From Anthoceros angustus (lineage: Eukaryota; Plantae; Anthocerotophyta), in the NCBI GenBank assembly GCA_010909165.1, contig VJWM01000193.1:186001-250000 (forward strand): DNA of 64,000 bases. The letters are read 5' to 3'. Numbering within the stretch: position 1 is the first letter of the stretch; each line of letters begins with the position of its first letter. The translations under genes and the position numbers were made by a program. This document shows, piece after piece, positions 1 through 11,530 of the stretch. The notes beneath the pieces are model-generated. The model ran no database searches and was not told where the DNA came from. It saw nothing but the letters and a program-made list of their open reading frames with translations.

Positions 1-810
1 AAGGTTGCAATACGGTCTCTCAACTCTGCGTCTGCTTGTTTGAAATTTTTATTTGTATTGCACCCTAAAACCCAAGATGCAAGAGATTCGTACCACACTG
101 TGCCATCTGAGTCTTCTTGAGGCCACCAACGAGGATTTTTTGTATAAGTAACTTTTAGATCTAGACGGCTACCAAGGGTTTCGCAAATGCCAGTCACATA
201 TTTCAAGATTTGTTCGCTTACATTCTTCCCAATGTGCATAGGGTCCATCAAGTGACGAATCAACAAATGCTGGGAACACAAAAATAAATTAAAAAAAAAA
301 TCAAAAGCAGTGAGCCAAAACAAAAGCAAAAAAAGCCTAAACAAAAACCATAGCAAAAGCCTACCTCCCAATATGGAAGCTCCCAAAAAATGGAGGAGAT
401 ATCACTAGTCACTCAACGGGGCCCTGGATGGCGAATTCTTCTTAAAGTACTCTTATGTTTGATCATGGTAGGGGTTGGTGCTAGGGCTGGGGTCCAAACA
501 CGCCTCTCTACTTTGCCATTAAACATATCTTTTTCCTCATCACGGAAAGGATGATCATCAGGGAGATGTAGTCTAAAATTGCCATCATAAATCATTTTAT
601 TTAAATCCTTGGAATTCCTAGCTTGCAAGTTTGTCCAACAAGGAGGGCAAGCACAATATCCCTTCGTTTGAAGCTTAGAAGTAAATGTATACCCTGGATA
701 ATCATGCATGGTCCATAGTAAAATAGCCTTTGTCACAAATGATTGTCCTGCAGCTCCAATCTGCATAGATGCATCAACTACTTGGACACCCTCTTCCCAT
801 AATAAATTCG
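1..810 (-). mobile_element. CACTA (En/Spm) TnpD transposase, central/C-terminal fragment with one intron (270-364)
   Basis: Translation gives LLWEEGV..ILLWTMHDYPGY..TKGYCACPPC..LPDDHPFR..FNGKVERR, then SIFWELPYWE | GT..AG intron 364-270 | HLLIRHLMDPMHIGKNV. These are typical TnpD motifs. Confidence 0.9.
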
Positions 811-886
811 CCCAACGGCGTAGCAGTTGTCGAGGTGGAGAACTGCTGGCCTTGCACGCTCTCTCGGTTGGGAATTCAAGAACGGC

Positions 887-1009
887 ATACCATAGTTGAT
901 CTGGCACTTCCGTAAGAGGTGGTGTGACACAGAACAAGTGATAACCCCCGTTGCAACCGTCGCACAGGAGCATGAGCTCTGCGTTATCCACCCTCCTGCA
1001 GATCTGATA
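887..1009 (-). CDS. PHD finger at the C-terminus of the Gypsy integrase (decayed)
   Basis: YQICRRVDNAELMLLCDGCNGGYHLFCVTPPLTEVPDQLWY fits the C4HC3 pattern; the first Cys codon reads TAT and the last Cys pair is lost at a junction. Confidence 0.85.
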
Positions 1010-4000
1010 GGGGTAGTCTGCTGGTGGGATCCAATCTGCTGTCACGATGTTAGGATCCAAGTTGGGCAAGTGGCAGGGTGCGCAATTCTTCATGTGATCG
1101 GTCATGGTCCTCCCATCTGACCCCTGCAATAGCAAAACGCCATTCCCCCGCATCTCCTTCACCCGGAGCACATGTCTGCTGGTGCTAGTATCCAAGGTAT
1201 CACTGTCATACTGAAGATACAACAAAACGACTGAACTTTGAGCTTGGGCTGAAGCTTCCGCGTGTGCGATATCGTAAGGTATCTCTGTCATGAGTTTAGA
1301 TTTGCCATGGCCATGGGCATCGCTTGCTTGAAGAGGGCTGCCCTTTCGCCTACAATTCAGGCCCATGTGGCTGGACTGTCCAAGTCCACGACCTGGTGCA
1401 TTTGTCGGGCAATGGCACTGGGCAGCATGGGTTCTCTTCCAAACAACAGGAAATATGGCGAGAAATGGGCCAAGGCTGCATGCTTGCTCATGCGATAGCC
1501 CATAGCAATATAAGGGAGGGCCAGGTCCCAATCCGTCTTGGGCATTTGGAGGCATAGCTTGCGGAGCCCTTTCTTAATTATTTGCACCATCCGCCGTACC
1601 ATCGGCTCGAGGATTGTCTCACCGGTTCGGCGGTGATCTATCGGCATCTAGGAGATCTTGGAATTCCATGAACTCGACCCTTGATCCGCTCACTGCACCG
1701 CCAAATCTCCCAACACATTATGCAAGAATGCTTGTGCGGTGCTACGGAACTCTTATCTGGGAGTGCCACTACCTCCACCCACTTGGAGAAGTGTTCCATC
1801 ACTCATCACATACACGCTTGCCTGGGCGCCTCGCGCCTCAATCGTCACATGACCACCAAAAATAGGCCCATAATGGGCAACGGTGCAACTGGGATGTCAA
1901 TGGTGAATGATGTCTTCACCCGATCGCATTGTTCACAACAGGCCACCTGTTGCTTCACTTGCAGGTACATCCCGTGCCAGTAGAAGTGGGGAGTGAGCAA
2001 ACTATAAGTTCGCTTAACACCAAAATGGCCCATGTCATTGTGCACACGCTTGATAAGGGCGCCTCTGTCGGCTGGTGGAGGCACAAGCCGTTCCACGCCA
2101 TTGCCCAACCTCCTGACAAGGTAGCCATCATGTTGATACAGTGCCCCGCACTGCCCCAGCTCATCTCGCACACGCAAGCATCAACCTGCTTGCACATACC
2201 TGAGGGTATGCTGGTCTTCCCAGATGTCCTTGACGAGTTTCCACCTGCAGATCACCGAACTTGTCCCTAGCATATCATGTCACCAAGGCGCAACCGTGAA
2301 AGCCTCATGTAGCCCTCGCCTTGCCGCCGTGCCTCCGTGCTATCCTCAGAGCTCTCATCCGGGTTCCTGGATAGGGTATCTGCATTCTGATGCTTGACTC
2401 CGGCCCGATGCACCACCACAAACTCGTAGTCTTGCAAAATCATCGCCCACCTGGCGAGTTTCCCACTTAGCTTTGAGTTGGCCATTAGCCACTTCAAGGG
2501 CTGGTGATCCGTGACTAGGGTGAAAGGCTGGCCGTACAGGTAGGGTCTAAAATGGCAAACTGCCCATACTGCGGCGAGACACTCGCCTTCATAGTTTTGC
2601 CTGCCTCACATGGTTGCTACGAGAAGCATATGCTATGACTCTCTCATGCCCATGCTCATCCAATTGTGTCGGACAGCCTCCCAGCCCAAGTTCCAGTCGG
2701 TATGGACAACAAAGGGTTTCCCAAAGTCCGGTCCGCCAATCGGAATCGGTGAGCTGTGACTTCAGCTCATCAAACGCCTGCTGAGCCGAACTTGTCCATG
2801 CCCATGTAGTGTCCTTGCGCAACATGTCATTGAGTGGCTTGGCAATTCTGCTGAAGTTCTGGATATACACCCGATAATAGTTGCACAAGCCCAGGAACGC
2901 CCTCACAGCTGATACATTGGTGGGTTCCTTGACCCGCAAGATGGCTTGAATCTTGGCTGCATGTGGCATCATGCCATTCGGGACAATCCTATGACTCAAA
3001 TATGCCATAGTGTTCATCCCAAATTCGCACTTTGCTGGGTGACAAGTCAATTGGGCCTCATGTGAGGGCCGGAACAGTCCTCAAGGTGGACCAAGTGTGA
3101 TTCAAGTCCTCAGCACAAGCACATCGCCTATGTAACAAAGTAGATTAGCACGGTCAACACTAGGTCCATCACCCGGAATGTTACGCCCTCGAACCCAAAA
3201 GGCATCACTAGCCATTCCACCTTGAGAGAACCGTGGAATGCGGTCTTTTGATGTCCTCCTCACTGTATGTTGAAACCTTGTCGCAAGTCCTGGAGAAATA
3301 GCCGACCGCCCAATGCTGTCAAAAATCTCCTCTGGAGTTGGCATGGGGTAACGGTCTTGAGCTGTGACGGCATTGATGGGGCGATAATCTCCGCACATCC
3401 TCTTCTCAGTCCATAGCCCCTGGCTGTCTTTCTTTGGTGGCATGACTGGCGCGAATCCAAACTTGATCCGGATGAGTCCGGCATCCAAGAGCTCCTTGCA
3501 CCTGGCGTCGACCATTTCCCATTCCGATTTGCTGAGCCGGTACCGTCGGCGGTAGATGGGCTCCTCGGTCAACACTAGGTCCATCACCCGGAATGTTACA
3601 GTGCTCGAACCCAAAAGGCATCACTAGCCATTCCCACAGCTGGTGAGAACCGTGGAATGCGGTCTTTTTGATGTCCTCCTCTGCTACCGGTACCTGGTTG
3701 AAACCTTGTCTCAAGTCCAGAGAAGTAATGGACCGCCTAATGTCACAAAATCTCCTCCGAGTTGGCATGGGGTAACGGTCTTGAGCGGTGACGGCATTGA
3801 TGGGGCGATAATCCCCGCACATCCTCTTCTCACCATAGCCCCCGGCCGTCTTCTTTGGTGGCATGACTGCGGGCGCTAAATCCAAACTTGACGGTCACGG
3901 ATGAGTCCAAAGATCCAAGAGCTCCTTGCACCTGGCGTCGACCATTTCCCATTCCGATTTGCTGAGCCGGTACCGTCGTCGGTAGATGGGCTCCTCAGTG

Positions 4001-4389
4001 GTCAACTTGATACGAAATGTGGTCACGTTGCACCGCTTGAGCTCCTTCATTGAAAATGCAAAACAATCCTTGTACCTAAGCAATAATGTCCTGATCCACT
4101 CACGCTGGTCATCAGTAAGCTCAGGTCCCATGGTCCAAAGGAACGTGTCCGCCGTTAAAGGTGGCTTGGATGGCGCTCCCCCTCCATCTGTCCCGGCATC
4201 CTGAAGGGTTGATGCAAGAAAAGTAGACCTTGAATCGCCCGCCACCCATACGGCCTCCTCCCTCCTCTGATCGAGCCAAGGATGAGGTGGTAAATCCGGG
4301 AAAGGGAAAGTGTACTGCATCAGTGGGGCAGGCATGTGCCGTGAGCGAATCTTTGCTTGGACCTCAAGATCTCGAATGCCAAACACAAG

Positions 4390-5300
4390 CTAACCAACCA
4401 TGTGACGGCGTTGAGGTCCATGGCTCGCCAAGTGCCGCATAACGCTTGGGAGACTGCGTGAAAGGAGTGAGTTTGGAAACCCATTAGCCTTTCCCTGCTT
4501 CCACGCAGGCTCCTCCCATTGTTGTGTGGTTGTATTTAGAGCAATCCAAAGACCTTGTCCCCTCAGAAGCATGTGAAGCGGGAAAAGTGACCAGTGTTGG
4601 GAGAGTGCTTCTGGGTGCCCTAGGAATGTTGGTGGGGTACCAGGGCGCTCTCTCGGCAGCCCTGACAAGCCTGGCTTGGTGGTGAGGTTCCAATACGGTC
4701 TGCAAGGCCAGCGTCGGGTCGTGTGTAGTGTTGCTAAGCACTATCTCCAGCACCGCCCTTGGCACCCAATTTGTCCAATAGTTGCGTAAGCGGTGCGTGT
4801 AGCTGCCCACTTGTGCTGCATCCATGAGGAAGGGGGGTCCCAGGTGATGTTGCACGAGCATCATGTCTTCTTTCACCTGGGCCCGTGAGTCAAACCGAGT
4901 GTGTGTTTTCCAGGGCGTACAATGAGGGCTATACTGGCCCCACACCAAGATCTGTAAGTCTCAAAAAGCCCCGTTGGGTCTTGGCAGCGTCACCGCCCGC
5001 CTTTTGAGAAAACCTTGCACTCCCATCCAAAGAATGACCAAGTCCATGGGAGCCAATGCATGGATGTGACGCCTTGGATGTACCAGACATCCCGTGGCGG
5101 TCATAAGGTACTGCCACAGTACAAATGACTAGGAAAGCGCAGCGTTCTTGGATGGGTAAAAGCCCAAAAGGTTGGGAGATCTCACAGCTTGTCAAGATGT
5201 ACCGGTGGATAGTGAGCCCGGCCTTGAGAATTGCTTCTAGGCCTGTGCATAACCCACCAAAGAGTTCAACCACCGTCACTCCTGCTGCAGGCAGTGTCCA
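4390..5300 (-). CDS. Cytosine-5 DNA methyltransferase domain inside Gypsy pol (DNMT3/DRM-like motif style), frameshifted
   Basis: Motif I VELFGG (5270-5253); motif IV GWEC (5028-5017); DPTGLF; motif VI YALENT (4919-4902); motif VIII DAAQVGSYTHRLRNYWTN (4822-4769); motif IX RERLMGF (4496-4476); motif X RYAALGxAMDLN (4444-4410). All in canonical order, across several frames. Confidence 0.88.
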
Positions 5301-5799
5301 CCTGATGGGTTGATGATCAACGTGCCCGGGTGAGTGGGTGGTCGGTGTAGGTGCCGCCCAAGAGTCGAGCACGGCCACTTGATCCTTGACCCCTTGCAAC
5401 ATGATAGTTGCATCTTCTCCCGCCGAAACAACCTCGCATGATCCGTGATATTATTGCCGCCCATGCTTCATTAGGCTCATCCTCGAGCTCGGGTGACAAC
5501 CATCTGTGCACGTGAGTGGTGTCCCTTGCCATCAGCGAAGTGCTGGCGCAACAGTTTGTTGTCAGGATGTGGCGCACAGCCAACGAAGCTTCATCCTCAT
5601 CACTCCTTCCATGCAGATGTAAGGGGAAGTGGGCCACCTCTTGGCCTCCACGTTGCCAATCTGGCCGGTAGTAGGCTTGCTCTGTCCAATTGTCGATACT
5701 GACACCTGGCGGGAAGAGAAATTCTTGCCCCAGCAGAACATCATAATTGGTAGCAGTGGTCACTAAACAATGGACAGCTCGTTGGACGCTCAGACATCT

Positions 5800-8700
5800 T
5801 CACGCGCGGCTCACCGTTGAGGTTGGAGCAGCGAACGCGGCGAAGAAGGCGCAACGTGCCAGCGGTCTCCGACAAGCGGCTACAGCAACCAAGGGAGGAG
5901 AAGGCGATGGCACCCAAAAAGCCTGCGGAAGTTTGGGAGCCATGGAACCTCGTGGAGCGCAACATTGTGACTCGGCGCTATCCGGACTTTGGGCCCTGGC
6001 TGGAGGAAGCAGGAGAATTGGTGCAGGAGTGGCACTTGGATGCGCTCCATGGTCCGACGCTCGGTCACCGTCCGGAGTTCGCCCGAAAATGCCGGCGGTC
6101 AATAAGGAGGTGCGGTCCAAGAACCTCCGGAGGACCCAAGGCGATGGACCTTGAGGTCCCGAGGCGCCTACAACCGCCCAAAGGAGGAAGAAGGGGAGGG
6201 TGCCGAGCCCCTCAAGGCGGGAAGATAGGGCCGCCACAGGGGCGCCGAGGCTCGACGCAGGACCACCAACGGATGGTCGATATCCGACCACCGGATACGA
6301 GTAAGGGCGGTAGCCCGATCATTGTCCATTGAACTCGCCACCAAGGTGGATCACCTTGGTGATAACTGCTGGTATTCCCCGCATGCGCCGCAATGGGGAA
6401 GAGGGCGGACTGGGAAGGATTATCTTCGCCGGCGTGAGGCCCGCAAGCTCAGACCGAGAAGCCTCGCCATCTGGGCCGCCCCATACCGATCCATGTATGG
6501 GGCATTTCGAGCTCCTCAAGGAAGGGGAGAGCTTGAGCGAGCGCCCGGAAAGGACCGAGGCCCCGCCGAAGTGGAGCGGCAAGGGCGCCGAGGGAGGAGG
6601 CCGATCGTCAAGGCCAAACGGACCCGGAGGAGGACGATCGAGGATTCCGACTCCATACGCCCTGAACGGACCCCTCACCACCTGTGGAAGTATGGAAGAA
6701 ATTCCCGCCTCCTCCCGTGCCCCAACCGAGAAGCCTCGCCATCTGGGCCGCCCCATACCGAGGAGCCCCGCCACCACCACCACAACCATACCGAGGAGCC
6801 TCACGACTGTGAGGGAGCCAAGAGACGCAAGACCACTTACCAACGCTGCACCTCGGGACGGTGCCAAGACTTACCCCGCCACCACAACCACACCGAGGAG
6901 CCCGCCGACTGTGAGGGAGCCAAGAGACGCAAGACCACCAACGCTGCACCTCGGGACGGTGCCAAGACTTACCCCGCCTACCTGAGTGGCAAGAAGCGAG
7001 GAAGCAAGAAGGAGGGCAGAGGGACGCCTGTGAGCAGGAGGACACCGGGCAGCAGACCCGAGCCGGGTCCTGCCGCCTGTGAAGGGGCAAAAGGCTTGCT
7101 CCCGACCCCTCACCTCCTCCGAGCCCTGTGGAGAAAAGGGCGAGAAGGAGCTCGCGCCAAAAGGGCCAAGGAGGGTGAAGCTCCGAGCCAAGACTCGTGA
7201 CCTAAGGGTCCCGATTAGGTCCGAGAACCCACCGACTTACTCCGGACAATGTATGGAGGTCCTGATCGGAAATGCCGGCCCCGCCACGGACTTTGTGGGA
7301 GCCTCACTGCGCCGTGGAAGAAACACGGCGGGTCCTGCCACTTATGGACATGCTGGGGTCTCGGGATGGCCGAGAAGACCTGTGGAGGTAGAAGCCACCC
7401 GAGGCGCATGGTACTCCTCCGTGAGCAGCTTGAGGGGCCCAGAGGCAGAAGGAAGGCCAAGCTCGGCCGATTGAGGAGGGAAACGCCGGAGGCCGAGAGG
7501 GAGGTCCGTCCATCCGCAAGGACCGACTAAATTCCTTCACCGGAGGAGCACTGGCAAGCTAAGGAGGCCCAAGCGGGCCGAGGACCTCCGCAGTGAGGGG
7601 CGAGCGCAGCAGAAGCGAGGCGCCCGGGCGCAAGCGAGCGGGCGCGGACCGCGAGGCAGCCGACCAGAGCCAAGCTGGAGAGGCTCAGGTGAAGGTGGCC
7701 AAGGAGGCGGAAGCCACGGCGAAGGCCGATCGCGATCACTATCGGCGTGATCGGAACCGGTGGAGGGAGGCGGCTGAGAGAGCCACGGCCAATCTGAAGG
7801 CCGAGCAGGTGGCAGCGGAGCAAGCACGGACGAGCCGTGCAGAAACACTGGAGGCCAGCACCCGGGAAATCGGGGACCTCAGGGCGCAGCTGCAGGAGGT
7901 AGAAGGGAGGCGGCAGGAGTTGGAGGACAGCAAGGACACCTTGGAGTTACAACTCCAAGACGCGTCGGAGCAGCAAGGAGTTCTCAACGAGAGAATCCAG
8001 GACTTCGAGCGGGAGATAGAGCGCCTCCAGCTCTGCCTGAAGATGGAGCAGGAGGTGGCGGAGCAAGCGCGGACCAGCCAGGGCCAAGAAGTTCGCGACA
8101 AGGAGATGGAGGATCTCCGGACTCACCGGAGGTGGAGCAAAGCAGCGTGAGATGGAAGACCGCAAGGAGACTTTGAGCCGCAGCCCAAACTATCATTGAG
8201 AGGAATGGTAGTTCAGGACATGGTCGCGAACGCGACGAAATAGAGCGGCCCGCCTGCTGGCGATGAGTCGACGGCGATGGAACAGGAGCGTGACGCCGAG
8301 ATGGAGAAGGGCCTGGCGAAGCCCGCACCGCAAAGGTTGCCCGACCGTCTGGAGAGGGAGATGGCGGAGTTAACAGCCAGAATGGACAAAGAGGCGAGGG
8401 CGCTGGAAGGCATAAGAAGCCGCCGTCCACCGAGGAAGGAAGGGAACGCCGCTATGGCGGGCAAGCCGGGCAGAACTAAGCGGAGGGAGTTGGAGCAGGT
8501 GGAGCAACAGCGACGGCTGCGGGAGGTGACCGAGGCAGCCCTGGCAGCCTCGCGAGAAGCAGCCCGGCTCCAGCTATCAAACCTGGCGGGGGAGGTGGAG
8601 CAACAAGCCGGCAACAGGCTCAGCTCCCGGAGCACCTATGGCGAAGGGAGTATCGGGTGCTCCGGGCGCACGTGGAAGAGGCAATCCAGCAAGTGGATTC

Positions 8701-8900
8701 GGACTTTGCCTATTACCACGCTGAGCTCCCAAGGAGGAGGTCCGTCCATCCGCAAGGACCGGACCTCGGAAGGCCCTGAGGGGAAGAAGGGCACGGGACA
8801 AAGACAGGACCCTAGGGGCCCTGTTTGGAGACGACGGCAGCGAGAGGAGAAGAGCCCCAAGAGGAGCGGGACGCAACGGACCCCATGGTAAGTTCACCAC
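5800..8900 (+). mobile_element. Repeat-family ORF region, copy 1 (MAPKK..WEPW..RYPDFGPW N-terminus, then long coiled coil), decayed
   Basis: Homologous to 59900-62270, for example EAQVKVAKEAEATAKADRDHYRRDRNRWRE and LEDSKDTLELQLQDASEQ in both copies. ATG at 5907. Confidence 0.75.
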
Positions 8901-8939
8901 CACCCGCTCCGGAGAAGGGAGGTGACGGGCCCGAAGGGT

Positions 8940-10069
8940 GCAGGGAGCCAACCCAACCAAGACAAGGGTCTGGGTAAGGAGGAGGACCTAGCAAGACGAG
9001 GTCCATGGTGAAGGGGTCCGGAGCTTGGGGACCGGACTGAATAAGTTCGACCCCGAGGTCCGAACCTGAGACGAGGCCGGACCCACCGACTCAGAAATAA
9101 GCCGGACCTGGAGTTCAGACTGAGTCGAGACCGACCTCGAGGTCGACTGGCAAGAAGGAGGAGCCCCTTCGACTTACGCTGGGGAGCAGATAGTGGCCCC
9201 ACCGAGGGGACCCATGGGAGGCTGGAGGATGACGTGGTAACGGCGGCCGCCGACCGCCGAGCCAACCCGATGTGATTCCGGGAGAGGAGGGGTCCCGCGG
9301 ATCATCCGATTGCGCGCGCAATCGCCGTGACGGGAGATTGGACCACCAATCCCAAGGCGGAACTCGGACCTTCCCACCACCGCCGGCGAAGGAGATAGGG
9401 GAGGGAATAGGATGGTAGGCGTCGATTAGGCATACCGAAATGGGCCATCACCGTAATAGGGGTGTAATAAAGACGCCGACCGGCGTAGTATAAGAGGGTC
9501 AGCCTCAATAAATCATCTTTCTTGGTGTTGATGCCGCTGCCTGCACCTTGTGTGTCTTCTTGCTAACGTGAGTCCCGAGTCACCGAAAGGTGCACGATAC
9601 CCGAGGGATTGATCGTGGTCCCGTGACGGACCTAACGTGTTGTGGTGTGTGCAGTGGAAGGGTGATCGGGACCGTGCGCCCGAGCCGCGCCGTCACCGAA
9701 CGGACCGAACGTGAGCCGAGGGGACTGGAGGGCGGCAGAGCCCGGACGAGAGGCCCAGAACGCGAGGAGGTCCGGATCGTAACCCGCCTTTCCTTAAGAC
9801 CGATAAGTGTAGTGTGAGTGGAGAGAGGAACGACGAGAGGTGTGAGAGACGAACGGAACGAAACGGACGCGAACGGTCCTTAAACGCTTGGCCATACCGG
9901 CCTGTGCGGTGTTTGTCGCGAGTAGTTAGACGTGAGCTGAGGAGTGTGTGCGTTGGAACTGAACGGACGCAAAGTAAGACGAGAATCGCCGAACGGACCG
10001 AACGGAGCTCGCTATTCCTTGGGAACGAACTCCTTCCTACAACGACACGGACGGGCGCCCACCGGGGCC
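8940..10069 (+). mobile_element. LTR-like sequence with TATA box, AATAAA and a degenerate tRNA-Lys PBS
   Basis: TATAAGAG at 9489-9496 and AATAAA at 9507-9512. The segment ends ..CCTACA/ACGACA (10041-10047) and is followed by GGGCGCCCACCGGGGCC (10053-10069), resembling the tRNA-Lys PBS TGGCGCCCACCGTGGGGC. Left boundary uncertain. Confidence 0.5.
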
Positions 10070-10296
10070 GTTGTCGCGCCACACCGCCACCACGTCACAC
10101 TGTGCCCTTGTCATATTAATAGGGTTCTTACCTACTCGTTAGGCCACTGGCATAGTAGTTGGGTTTATCCTAACTGACTAGCTAAATATATATGAAGACA
10201 CATGCATGGGTTGTGGGCGTGATTGTAACTCTCACTATCGCCTTCTAAAGTATTCATGCTATCACCCATATCCAATCTTCCTACCCGAGCCGCATG

Positions 10297-10620
10297 TCAA
10301 TATCTACTCTTCTTACAAAATACACAATGTTTAATCTTCTTATCCTCATAATCACCCATGAATAACATGCAATCATCAGGGCATGCATGAATCTTATGAA
10401 AAGTAAACCCGAAATGCTTTAACAATAATCTCAACTCTTCCTTGCTATGAGGTACCTTGTTCCCTATCGGCAGACACTCTTTTGAAAGAAGTTTTAATAA
10501 GGCATCAAAGCTGGTGTTGGAAATGCTTCCCCTCATTTGCCAATTGAGCAATTGCATTATAAACGCTAGCAATGAAATTTTTGCTCCATCCCATAATGGT
10601 ATAGTCGCAGCTTTATGCAT
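10297..10620 (-). mobile_element. CACTA TnpD transposase, N-terminal fragment
   Basis: ISNTSFDALLKLL..LPIGNKVP..KIHACPDDCMLF..CVFCKKSRY is the TnpD N-terminal zinc-binding motif (HACPxDC..CxxC..RY). Confidence 0.85.
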
Positions 10621-11249
10621 CGCTTTTGAAATGATGGTACCATCATTTCAAACGATTTGGACACAAAAGATACATCCCACTGTGATGGATTGCTGAGCGC
10701 AGGAGCGGGTGCTTTTGAAGTGCCATGTTTAATGTGAATTAGTGACTAGATAAAAACTATCAAGCGGCGGAAACTTTCTTAGAACCGGCGTTGTTTATTT
10801 CGCCGGAATGAATATTATCGTGTTTGTCACAGCCTGTGCCCTTGTCACTCGCCCACCGCGATGCCTCCTTTGCACCGCCTCCCATTTTCCTCTTTCAGCC
10901 TCCCCCCTTTGTCACAGGTGGCGTTACCTCCACCCTTGGCCCCGCTGTGCAGGTCCATGCTCTCAACATCCGAGTCTGCAAGGTATGTGTATGGCACGAA
11001 ATTAGACACATCTGCAATTTCATCACCTGCCTCCTCTTCTACATCCATGTTCTCCTCTATGTCCCTGCCATGTCATGTCCCCCCCGGCCTCGATCTGTCC
11101 ACTTCCTTGGCACCTGCATGTTCCCCTCCTAGTCCTCCATCATTCTCTCTCCCCCTCGACAACAGCCTCATGTTTGTTACGCACCCTTTTGCCCCAGCCC
11201 CGACCATGGCTTTTGCTGTCTAATCCACTCATGTCCTCCCTCCGCCACC

Positions 11250-11530
11250 CGCCCCTCCCACTCCCCATGCGTTGTTTTTCCTGTCCACACTTGACACATG
11301 TTTGTTACTTGCTAGTGACGGTATACTCGCCCCCCTCTGTGCTTCAGCACGTAACTCAAGCCCTCCAGACACATCCCTCCTGCTGTGCAACGGCCTCGTC
11401 ACTCCCTCTAACCCCAAGGCCCTCCCCACTCCGCACGCATGCCCGTCCCTTGCCAGTGACAGGCACCCCTCCAACCCTTGTCCATTATCTACTTGCTGCC
11501 CACTTGACATAGCCCTCCTCACTCTCCTTC
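11250..11530. repeat. Dispersed repeat shared in inverted orientation with 53690-54010
   Basis: Both translate to RCFxCPHLTHVCYLLVTVxSP..LQH..ALxTxPSxCATAxSLP on opposite strands. Confidence 0.8.

Larger units (their letters stand above)
870..5790 (-). mobile_element. Ty3/Gypsy LTR retrotransposon pol (protease C-terminus, C5-MTase, RT, RNase H, integrase, PHD); frameshifted, with no gag or LTRs retained
   Basis: Protease end YDVLLGQEFL (~5740). RT: EEPIYRRRYRLS, RMCGDYRPIN, LDLRQGFNQ, VMPFG, CHPAKCEFG, FLGLCNYYR. RNase H: VIAYAS..EGECLAAVWAV..TDHQPLKWL..KLARW..NADTLSR. Integrase: HNDMGHFG..CEQC, EHFSKWVE, SPYFLLFGREP. RT-RH-INT order is Ty3-type. Confidence 0.95.

Noticed and set aside
413-1555. 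380-aa ORF as a genuine PHD-containing host gene
   Set aside because: It is a chimera of out-of-frame integrase sequence, the integrase tail with PHD, and CACTA TnpD.
5800-9500. Numerous overlapping minus-strand and alternative-frame ORFs in the GC-rich repeat (also at 59.6-62.3 kb and 37.7-39.0 kb)
   Set aside because: Expected stop-codon scarcity in GC-rich DNA; only the plus-strand frame is conserved between the two copies.
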